From Chlamydiota bacterium (GTDB taxonomy: Bacteria; Chlamydiota; Chlamydiia; Chlamydiales; JAAZZY01), in assembly GCA_022601345.1 (NCBI GenBank), contig JAJACU010000010.1, positions 21,758-85,757 of the forward strand: DNA of 64,000 nucleotides. The letters are read 5' to 3'. Each line of letters begins with the position of its first letter. The stretch's first letter is position 1. A model generated the notes under the pieces. That model was not told the origin of the DNA. It made no database searches and was given only the letters and a program-made list of their open reading frames with translations. This document shows positions 1-7,772 of this stretch, piece by piece. The position numbers and the translations under genes were made by a program.

Positions 1-2199
1 ACGAGAAATTTTCTGTAACATTCTCATGACTCTTGCTATGCTTTTAGTGATATTTTCAGCGGTTTGCGCTGCACTTTCTCCACCTTTTGCAATAGCACTT
101 GCTTCAGCCGCATCCGCAGACAATCCTGACGTAATACTTCTTTGTATTTTGACAAGCTTTGCCAACATCTTTGTAAACATTCTTCTAAGAGCACTTAAAG
201 CCTTTTGCTTCATAGTTCTAGTATCAGTTCCCTCTTCTGCTTCACTAGTAGTAGCCTCTGGAGTCCCTTCAGGAGCAGACGCTTTACTTACAGAAGTGAT
301 AGCCTGACTAGAATCCTCTTCTCCATCTAAAGCCATATCTTGAGCAATTTCTGTGAAACTTGTACGAACAGCAGCAGCATTAGCAGTTGTTGGAGAAACT
401 TCAGCCTGAGCAGCACCTGTAGTGGTAGGCTCTACGGCAACAGGATCTTCCAAAGCAGCTACACCTTGAGCTGTCTCATCAACAGCTTGAGCTCCTCCAC
501 TCTCAGACATCGTTATAGCAACGGATGCAGGTGTCTCTGAAGCGACCATGCTGACAGAAGCCGATGGGTCACCTGGAATCGCTCCTGCTGCAGGTTCAAC
601 AACATCACTAGCAGATGCTTGCGCAGCTGCAGGAACTGGTGTTTTTGCTGAAGTGGGCTCTCCCCCTTCACTTGCTGATCCTTCTTCAATAGCACCATCA
701 TCACCAAGACTTAAGCTCTCATCCATCTCTACTCCAACATCACTTGCAAGTGACTCAGTATCCCCAAAAACAGAAGATATATATTCCATTGCAGAAGATG
801 CCGCACTAGAGATTCCATCTGCAGCCATAGCCGCTCCTGCAGACAAGGCGCTACCAACTGATCTTACTAAATTTGTTAATGAGTCACCACAAGTTAAAAG
901 AATCATACCAATATTGATACCCATTACAGCCCAACATACCCATCCTGGAAATTTACTTGGATCAAACTGCCCTGTAGCAATAGCTCCGACTGTATTTGTT
1001 AACCATCCGGTCATCCCTGCAACAAAAAGTACTGCTGCAACACATAGTCCAGTACAAGTTCCTTCAGAGGCTATAGCGACTGTAATCGCTATAATAAGTG
1101 TTATTGTCACGATAATTGATTGAACAACATATGGAGGAATATTCATAAATTTAGCTACTGCAGCAATCATTTTCTGGATATCACCATTAGCTGCAAGAAT
1201 CATAGGTATACCAAACTGTGGTAAACCTGAAGCACATAATATTGCTCCAAAAACATCACCTAGAATCTTTAACGTCTCAGCTTTACATGAGTGATCGTGA
1301 GATTCTTTAATTGCATCCGCATTTTTAGAATAAACCTTCTTAGAGTCACTAAGCATCTCTTTACCCATCTCATCTTGAACATCCATCTCTACGATTTCTG
1401 TTTTGATTCCAAGTTTCTGAAGAAGCTGATTGACTTCAATTGAGTCTAGAATCGATGCAAAAATAGACTGATCAATATCCGGGTTAGATTTATGCTCTGG
1501 ATTGGTAATATCCACACCATGTTTAGCATATCCCTTGGCAACCGTGTTTAAAGCGGGCTTCCAAGCTTTCATTCCAATTTTACGAAAGGCTCTAGAATAA
1601 CCTCTAGCTTTATGCTTAGCTTTTTCAAGTTGCTTATCTGTTAGCTTACAATCCTTCAAATTTTTACGGTCTAAAATTTGATCGAGAACATTCTTTTTAA
1701 GATCAAGTTTAAGTTCTGGCCACTCTTCTGCTTGAGCACGAAGCTGTATTTTTGTGTGTTGGTTGAAGATAAGCCCCAAACCTTTTATTTGAGCTTCGTT
1801 AAAAGCATTTTTTCTTCCACTTTTACCTGCATTTTTACCTTTACTAGTTTTAGATGGCTTGCTTGCTTTCCCAGTCTTAGCAGATGCTGCTGTCTTTGTT
1901 TTTTTCGCAATTACAGGAGTGTCTTGAGTTTTGCTTTTTTTAGAAGATTTTCCATTTTTAGAAGCACGTTTAGACATAGCGCGAGCCACGTTTCTTCTTC
2001 TAGAAATAATATCCTTACCATCAGAGCGTTTCTTTTTTAATTTATCATCTTCTTTATCAGATTGCTGAAGAGAGATTTCATCACTTTTAACTTGGTGCTT
2101 GCGTTTTTCATCTTGCTTACGTTGACTTTCATTCAAGCGATTAAGTGCTTGAACGTCAAACAAAAGACCGATAGAAGATTGACTACTTGATGAAGACAT
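1..2199 (-). CDS. Partial (3' end outside window) T3SS hydrophobic translocator-like protein, SctE/CopB/SseC-type, at least 733 aa
   Basis: Not in the ORF track. ATG at 2199 with AAAGGAG RBS; frame reads open to position 1. Ser-rich start (MSSSSSQSS), Lys-rich region, helical region, long hydrophobic segment (VVQSIIVTITLIIAITVAIA...LCVAAVLFVAGMTGWL...WVCWAVMGINIGMILL), then an acidic Ala/Glu/Pro linker. Confidence 0.7.
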   Translation of the reverse strand, partial: MSSSSSQSSIGLLFDVQALNRLNESQRKQDEKRKHQVKSDEISLQQSDKEDDKLKKKRSDGKDIISRRRNVARAMSKRASKNGKSSKKSKTQDTPVIAKKTKTAASAKTGKASKPSKTSKGKNAGKSGRKNAFNEAQIKGLGLIFNQHTKIQLRAQAEEWPELKLDLKKNVLDQILDRKNLKDCKLTDKQLEKAKHKARGYSRAFRKIGMKAWKPALNTVAKGYAKHGVDITNPEHKSNPDIDQSIFASILDSIEVNQLLQKLGIKTEIVEMDVQDEMGKEMLSDSKKVYSKNADAIKESHDHSCKAETLKILGDVFGAILCASGLPQFGIPMILAANGDIQKMIAAVAKFMNIPPYVVQSIIVTITLIIAITVAIASEGTCTGLCVAAVLFVAGMTGWLTNTVGAIATGQFDPSKFPGWVCWAVMGINIGMILLTCGDSLTNLVRSVGSALSAGAAMAADGISSAASSAMEYISSVFGDTESLASDVGVEMDESLSLGDDGAIEEGSASEGGEPTSAKTPVPAAAQASASDVVEPAAGAIPGDPSASVSMVASETPASVAITMSESGGAQAVDETAQGVAALEDPVAVEPTTTGAAQAEVSPTTANAAAVRTSFTEIAQDMALDGEEDSSQAITSVSKASAPEGTPEATTSEAEEGTDTRTMKQKALSALRRMFTKMLAKLVKIQRSITSGLSADAAEASAIAKGGESAAQTAENITKSIARVMRMLQKISR

Positions 2200-2244
2200 A
2201 TAATATTTGCTCCTTTAAGAGGGTTTTAACTTATTGACATAAAT

Positions 2245-2273
2245 ATTATAGCACATTTTTTAATAAATGTCAA
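2245..2273 (-). promoter_or_regulatory. Sigma70/66 promoter TTGACA-N17-TATAAT with extended -10 TG
   Basis: Minus strand reads TTGACA tttattaaaaaatgtgc TATAAT, 45 bp upstream of the ATG at 2199. Confidence 0.85.
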
Positions 2274-2313
2274 CTAATATCGAACATTTAGTTTATTAAA
2301 CTTAGATCAATTA

Positions 2314-3048
2314 TTAACTAAATTGAAGCTGATCTTGCATGACTCTAAGGAAAGATGTAAATTCAGAGGCATACTGACTCTGATCATTAAGCATCAACCT
2401 AACTTGAGCTTGCAAAGAGTCTGGAATCTGCTTGTTACTCTCGACTTCGGTATTTGCAGTATTGATTTTCTGAGAAAACGCATTTACATATGAACGATAA
2501 TGAGACAACGTTTTGAACTTGTGAACAAGACCCACGCACCCATTTATCATCGTAGTAGTGCATCCAGAAGGTATCGCAGGAGGGTGTCCTGATAACTGTT
2601 CAACTTCCAACTTACCTGCCATTCTCTCTGCAGGGTTCTTACTTTTCTCTAACTGGTGCGCTGCTGAAAGGGCATCTGACCAACCTGTATAAGCAGAAAA
2701 AGCCGCCCAGTTTTTTTGTAAAAAAGAAAGATCACTCAATTCTTTTTGCATATTTTGGATTGATCCTGTTCCATTTTTTATGAGAGTATCATAGAGAGTT
2801 TTGGACATTCTAGCTAAAGAAACTCCGATGTCTTCAGACTCTCCCATTCCTTCTAGAAGGGACATCATACCCAAAAACATAGCATGGTCAGATTCAGACG
2901 CCTTAGAGTGGGATTTAGATCTACTTGTATGGTGAGCTCCGCTCACAGAAGAAGACCGACTTGCCTTCTTCTTGGAAGAAGGGCTCTCTTGGTGTTGAGA
3001 AGCTGCTTGAGACATTACATGAGGATTGATTGCTGCGCTTTGGCTCAT
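2314..3048 (-). CDS. Putative T3SS-secreted helical protein, 244 aa
   Basis: N-terminal INPHVMSQAA motif shared with neighbours, Ser/Lys-rich N-terminus, amphipathic helical C-terminus, AAGG RBS, own promoter. Confidence 0.65.
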   Translation of the reverse strand: MSQSAAINPHVMSQAASQHQESPSSKKKASRSSSVSGAHHTSRSKSHSKASESDHAMFLGMMSLLEGMGESEDIGVSLARMSKTLYDTLIKNGTGSIQNMQKELSDLSFLQKNWAAFSAYTGWSDALSAAHQLEKSKNPAERMAGKLEVEQLSGHPPAIPSGCTTTMINGCVGLVHKFKTLSHYRSYVNAFSQKINTANTEVESNKQIPDSLQAQVRLMLNDQSQYASEFTSFLRVMQDQLQFS

Positions 3049-3092
3049 AAATTAACCTTATTATTTTATTATACTATTCTTACTATAGAAAT

Positions 3093-3121
3093 ATTATAGC
3101 ACAAAATTAGTTAATTGTCAA
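3093..3121 (-). promoter_or_regulatory. Sigma70/66 promoter TTGACA-N17-TATAAT with extended -10 TG
   Basis: Minus strand reads TTGACA attaactaattttgtgc TATAAT. Confidence 0.85.
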
Positions 3122-3133
3122 GGATTTTTTTAA

Positions 3134-3168
3134 TAAAAAAAGACCCATGTTGTTAAAACATGAGCCTT
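3134..3168 (-). terminator. Rho-independent terminator
   Basis: Minus strand GGCTCATGTT-ttaac-AACATGGGTC followed by a T7 run, just after the stop of 3194..3925. Confidence 0.75.
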
Positions 3169-3193
3169 TAAGTTAGAAACAAGGGGTGATTTT

Positions 3194-3925
3194 TTAAGCA
3201 GAAACTACGTCAGTCCACATAGAAGATTCTGAACCGATCTCTGCAACAAGTTCTGTTGTTGCCTGCTGGACTTGTGTAGGTTTCATAGAATCAGCAACCG
3301 TTTGCCAATTCGATAAATTGGTTGAAGCAATATTTAAGTCATTAGAAATTACAGATCCTTTTCCAAGAAATGTCGAAAGGGTATTATTACTACTAGCGGC
3401 CCATTTAGACACTAAGCTTGCAAAGGCATCTTTGTCAGTTGAGGTTATGTTTGGATTATTATAAACCCCACTAAACACATCTGCATATCCAGTTTGTGAA
3501 CAAAATTTCATAAAATTAGCAGCTGTTGCGCTAACTTTATTGCCCACAGCAGCGCCCCAACGCTGAACAAGTCCTATAAATGCCTTACTATTACAGCAAA
3601 GACCTTGAGCACTTAAAAGAGCCTTAAGCATAGCTACATAAGATTGGGAGTTGCTCACAGCTGTCTTTTGAAGAGTCGCATCCATAGAACTCATACTAAT
3701 GGTTACGTCTGCCAAATCCATAATCATACCCACCTGAAGGTTGATCGCTGCATTTACAGCATCATCGGGATTGAAGGGGCCTTTACCTTTAGGAGCTGCG
3801 CTTTTCTTTGGGGCAGAACTTCCCAGTCCTCCAGCTTTTTTTCTCTTTGTAGAGTCAACTTTATGCTGTTGAGTAGAAGCTGCCTGAGACATTACATGTG
3901 GGTTTATTGTGTGTGAACCTGTCAT
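3194..3925 (-). CDS. Putative T3SS-secreted helical protein, 243 aa
   Basis: INPHVMSQAA leader, Lys-rich stretch, similar size and layout to 2314..3048, AAGGA RBS. Confidence 0.65.
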   Translation of the reverse strand: MTGSHTINPHVMSQAASTQQHKVDSTKRKKAGGLGSSAPKKSAAPKGKGPFNPDDAVNAAINLQVGMIMDLADVTISMSSMDATLQKTAVSNSQSYVAMLKALLSAQGLCCNSKAFIGLVQRWGAAVGNKVSATAANFMKFCSQTGYADVFSGVYNNPNITSTDKDAFASLVSKWAASSNNTLSTFLGKGSVISNDLNIASTNLSNWQTVADSMKPTQVQQATTELVAEIGSESSMWTDVVSA

Positions 3926-3968
3926 TTATTTATTCCTTTTACTATACTTATTATTATTTTATAAAAAC

Positions 3969-3997
3969 ATTATAACATAATTAACTATACTTGTCAA
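3969..3997 (-). promoter_or_regulatory. Sigma70/66 promoter TTGACA-N17-TATAAT with extended -10 TG
   Basis: Minus strand reads TTGACA agtatagttaattatgt TATAAT. Confidence 0.85.
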
Positions 3998-4028
3998 GTT
4001 ATTTATTGATATCCTATATATAAAACTA

Positions 4029-4925
4029 TTACGTCGCTGAGTAATTGGTTAGAGTTTGATTTAAACCTTTAAACATTGTGACTGAAGCAGCAAATAATTT
4101 AGTCAGTGAATCAACCTTTTTTGTTGTTAAATTCAACTTTTCAACATCTGCTTGGTTTTGGGTATTTAATGAACCCATTAGATCAGACATGTTTTTAAAT
4201 ATAGTCGTGACACCTGCAGGAGCCGCTCCACCGCCTGGACCTGTTAAATATTCTTGGACTTTTTGAAGATCGTCAGGGTTGCTCACCACATCCGACCAGC
4301 TTTTACACGCTCCTTTTGTAGCCTCTGAAATTATCTGATCTAAAGATCCACCAGGGCTAGCAAAAGCACTTAGTGATTTGATAAGTTCTGGGCCAAGCTT
4401 GGATCCATACTGCTTAATTAAGCTATTTAGGTCCTTTTGGGCATCTGATATAGATTGAGCATCGTCTCCCTGCTCTGAAGGGCTTTTATTCGTCATCAAA
4501 TCATTAACATCATCTTGAATAGTTTTCATGTCTTTAACAAACTTTTTAATGTTTGCCATAGAAACCCCTAGATTTGACATGATTTTAGCCAAGTATCCGT
4601 ATGATCCACCACCACTCATCAGTAGAAGATAAAGAGCCATCATAATAGGGTCATGTTTCAGAACATGGCGTCTCCAATCCTTCTCTGCTGTGGCTGCTGC
4701 TTTAGAAGTTGCAGAACTAGAGCTTGCTCCAACGCTTTGGGCTCCCCCTTTTCCATTTGTCGCACCAATCATTTTACATGCTTGAGATATTTGATTCATC
4801 TGATCAGCTAAAATTTGCTTATAACTCTGATCACTTTTCTTTGATTTCTTAGAAGCAGAGCGATCTTGTTTAAGAGTGGCTGCCTGAGCCATCATATGAG
4901 GAGTTATTGCTGTATTATGATTCAT
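4029..4925 (-). CDS. Putative T3SS-secreted protein with EspA/SseB/Bsp22-like architecture, 298 aa
   Basis: ITPHMMAQAA leader; helix MMALYLLLM; C-terminal coiled coil LNTQNQADVEKLNLTTKKVDSLTKLF...LNQTLTNYS; paralogous to the C-terminal half of 5034..6779. Confidence 0.6.
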   Translation of the reverse strand: MNHNTAITPHMMAQAATLKQDRSASKKSKKSDQSYKQILADQMNQISQACKMIGATNGKGGAQSVGASSSSATSKAAATAEKDWRRHVLKHDPIMMALYLLLMSGGGSYGYLAKIMSNLGVSMANIKKFVKDMKTIQDDVNDLMTNKSPSEQGDDAQSISDAQKDLNSLIKQYGSKLGPELIKSLSAFASPGGSLDQIISEATKGACKSWSDVVSNPDDLQKVQEYLTGPGGGAAPAGVTTIFKNMSDLMGSLNTQNQADVEKLNLTTKKVDSLTKLFAASVTMFKGLNQTLTNYSAT

Positions 4926-4973
4926 CTTTTACCTATTATTAAATTTAATTATTAGTTTTATTGTACATGAAAC

Positions 4974-5002
4974 ATTATATCACAAATTAAATAAATTGTC
5001 AA
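4974..5002 (-). promoter_or_regulatory. Sigma70/66 promoter TTGACA-N17-TATAAT with extended -10 TG
   Basis: Minus strand reads TTGACA atttatttaatttgtga TATAAT. Confidence 0.85.
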
Positions 5003-5033
5003 CATTTATTTACAAACACAGGACATAAAAAAA

Positions 5034-6779
5034 CTAAGTACTGGAATAGTTAGTTAAAGTTTGGTTTAAACCTTTATACATTGTTACAGATGCTGCAAAT
5101 AATTTAGTCAATGAATCGACTTTTTTTGTTGTTAAGTTCAGCTTTTCAACATCTGCTTGATTCTGAGTATTAAGAGAGCCCATTAAATCAGACATGTTTT
5201 TAAATACAGTTGTGACACCTGCAGGAGCCGCCCCTCCACCAGGGCCTGTGAGATATTTTTGTATTGCTGCTACAGCATCAGAACTAGCTGATGCATCTTT
5301 CCAATTAGAGAGAGGGGTGCTCATTCCTTTGGTTGCCTCAGAAACAACCTGGTCTAATGATCCACCTGAATTTGAAAAATTACTTAAAGACTGCCTTAAC
5401 TCTGAACCAAGCTTAGACCCATAAGTTTTAATTAGGCCATTTAAATTGTTTTGAGCATCCCAAATGGCTCTTGCATCATCTTCCTGCATAGATACACTTT
5501 TATTCGACATTAAATCATTCATATCGTCTTGTATTGCCTTCATATCTGAAACAAACTTTTTAATATTAGCCATTGAAACACCAAGATTTGCCATGATTTT
5601 AGCTAAAAAACCATATGAGCCACTACCACTCATTAACAATACATACATTGCCATCATAATAGGTTCATGGTGAATGACACTGTGCTCCCAGCTATGAAAC
5701 ACCGAATCGGAACTATGGCTCACTTTTGATGGAGCTTGACTTGCGCTGTCTTGGCCAACCTTGCCTGGGCCATCAGAAGTAGAGGCTTTCAACTGATTTG
5801 AACCCATAGCTTCAATAGCTTGACATCCTTGCTTGCAATCATCAGGAAAAGCCGTTTGCATTTTCTGAACAAATGCTAAAAATAACTTCTGAGGATCGTT
5901 TGCTCCAGAAGTTTGAGAGAAGTGTTGCACAAGCAACTTTGATATTTCCTTTTGACTAGAAGAGCTTTTTATTAATGGCTTAATGACTCTAGATAAAGTT
6001 TCCATTTGATGTTTAGCCCCTTTAGGAGCTGATTCCACAACGTTAACAACCTTTTGAATAGAGAACTTTCCTTTATTTAAGTCGCTCATCAGTTCGCTGT
6101 ACTGTTGGTTCCAAACTTGGAAGGGTCCAAGTGTTGTAGCTACCTGTTTTTGAAGCTTCTTAATATTAGGAATTTCATTGTGAGTGGTTACACAATTTTT
6201 ATATGTTTTCAAAGTTGTATCCACAAGAGGGTGCTCAGAACCCATCAATAAATTCAGACACATTTGAAGAACTGTTGTATTTTTTGACTGATGAGAAAGC
6301 TGCCTGTAAGCATTAGCCATTGATAGTGCAAAGCCTTTCTTACTTGTTGCATCTGACAAACTAGAGGCAAATAATGACTGAAGGTCCTTTGATGCGAGCG
6401 CTTTGATTGCAGGAGAATCAATTTCAGAGCAATCCATCGTAGCTAAAAAAACTTTCTGGTAAAATTGATTTGGATGGGTCTCAAATTCTTTGCTTTGCAT
6501 TGCTTGTACAAGATGACCTATACTTTGAGCCGGATCGGATTGATTTGCCACGACAGGCCCAGTTGAGGCAACCCCCTTTGAACCGCTAACGGGTGTAACA
6601 TCATGACAGGTGGAAACAAGAGTCATAAGTTGAGCCATAGTTTTATAGATCATTGCTACACCCGAAATGTCACTTTTCTTCTCAACTTTCTTATTCCGGA
6701 TTCTTTGAAGTTCAGCTGGACTTAGCCTTTGATGACTTTTTTCTGGTTGCTTATCTGGCTGAATATTTGACTGGCCCAT
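5034..6779 (-). CDS. Putative T3SS-secreted protein, 581 aa: unique N-terminal domain plus C-terminal domain paralogous to 4029..4925
   Basis: Last 73 aa are 70/73 identical to 4029..4925; homology starts near HEPIMMAMYVLLM. Confidence 0.65.
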   Translation of the reverse strand: MGQSNIQPDKQPEKSHQRLSPAELQRIRNKKVEKKSDISGVAMIYKTMAQLMTLVSTCHDVTPVSGSKGVASTGPVVANQSDPAQSIGHLVQAMQSKEFETHPNQFYQKVFLATMDCSEIDSPAIKALASKDLQSLFASSLSDATSKKGFALSMANAYRQLSHQSKNTTVLQMCLNLLMGSEHPLVDTTLKTYKNCVTTHNEIPNIKKLQKQVATTLGPFQVWNQQYSELMSDLNKGKFSIQKVVNVVESAPKGAKHQMETLSRVIKPLIKSSSSQKEISKLLVQHFSQTSGANDPQKLFLAFVQKMQTAFPDDCKQGCQAIEAMGSNQLKASTSDGPGKVGQDSASQAPSKVSHSSDSVFHSWEHSVIHHEPIMMAMYVLLMSGSGSYGFLAKIMANLGVSMANIKKFVSDMKAIQDDMNDLMSNKSVSMQEDDARAIWDAQNNLNGLIKTYGSKLGSELRQSLSNFSNSGGSLDQVVSEATKGMSTPLSNWKDASASSDAVAAIQKYLTGPGGGAAPAGVTTVFKNMSDLMGSLNTQNQADVEKLNLTTKKVDSLTKLFAASVTMYKGLNQTLTNYSST

Positions 6780-6933
6780 AAAAACTCTTAACTCTTATTG
6801 ATAGTACAAGCAATAAGAGAAAAATAAATTTTAAACAAGGTAAATTCAAGAAAGCACCGAAGGTTAATAATGCCAAAAAGGTCACTTAAACATCATAACT
6901 AAAGTAAATGATAATCGTTTCAGAACAGATTCT

Positions 6934-7641
6934 TTATTCTATAGCTTCTTCAGAATCTCTAAGGCGATAGCCAATACCACGAACAGTTTCAATCCAATTA
7001 AATTTTGGCCCTAATTTTTTTCGAAGCGCAGCAATATGAACATCAACATTACGATCTACAATAAACGAATCATCATTTTGGATGTCGTCTAAAAGCTGAT
7101 TCCTAGTTAACACTCTACCTTGGTTTTCCAGAAGCCTTTTAAGGATATTAAATTCTGAAAGTGTAAGAGTTATATATTCGTCAGCACCTCGACGAAGTAG
7201 ATAACGATCTGTTTCTAGTGTAAACTCACCAAAGCCCATTGCCTTGCCCGTCTTTTGCCCTGCAACTCCGCGCCTTAAAACAGCTTTAACTCTTGAAAAG
7301 AGCACTTTAGGTGAGAACGGCTTAGCTACGTAATCATCTGCACCAAGCTCTAGCCCCAAAACCATATCCAGTTCATCGCTTTTAGCAGAAATAATGATAA
7401 TAGGAATTTTTTTTAGCTCAGGGTTTGCTTTCATTCGCCTGCAAACATCAAACCCGTTTAGACCCGGGAGCATAATATCCAAGACGACTAACTCAGGCTT
7501 TTCTCTCTCGATTGCTTTTAAACCGTTAATCCCATCTGTTTCTACATGTAGGTTGTATCCAGAGATGTCAGCTTGAAGCTTAATTAGCGCCGCTATATCC
7601 TCTTCATCCTCTAGTAGGATAACTCTTTTCTTTTGGGCCAT
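6934..7641 (-). CDS. OmpR/PhoB-family two-component response regulator
   Basis: Receiver motifs EDEED, LDIMLPGLNG, GADDYVAKPF; winged-helix DRNVDVHIAALRKKL and IETVRGIGY. Likely start is the ATG at 7641 (track starts at TTG 7665). Confidence 0.95.
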   Translation of the reverse strand: MAQKKRVILLEDEEDIAALIKLQADISGYNLHVETDGINGLKAIEREKPELVVLDIMLPGLNGFDVCRRMKANPELKKIPIIIISAKSDELDMVLGLELGADDYVAKPFSPKVLFSRVKAVLRRGVAGQKTGKAMGFGEFTLETDRYLLRRGADEYITLTLSEFNILKRLLENQGRVLTRNQLLDDIQNDDSFIVDRNVDVHIAALRKKLGPKFNWIETVRGIGYRLRDSEEAIE

Positions 7642-7772
7642 AAAACTCGGTTCTCTCTTTTTCAAATTGCATTAAATCAAAAGTTCATAAAATATATCCA
7701 GTATTTTTAAAACTAATTTTGCTTTTGTTATATCATTGCATAATTTTCTAAAGTTTGTAAGAGTGCCAAAGT

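Noticed and set aside
26-2040. Track ORFs 26..307, 340..540, 513..707, 548..1123, 1678..2040
   Set aside because: Antisense or off-frame shadows of the long minus-strand CDS starting at 2199.
6792-6819. Inverted repeat as a CIRCE element
   Set aside because: Does not match TTAGCACTC-N9-GAGTGCTAA.
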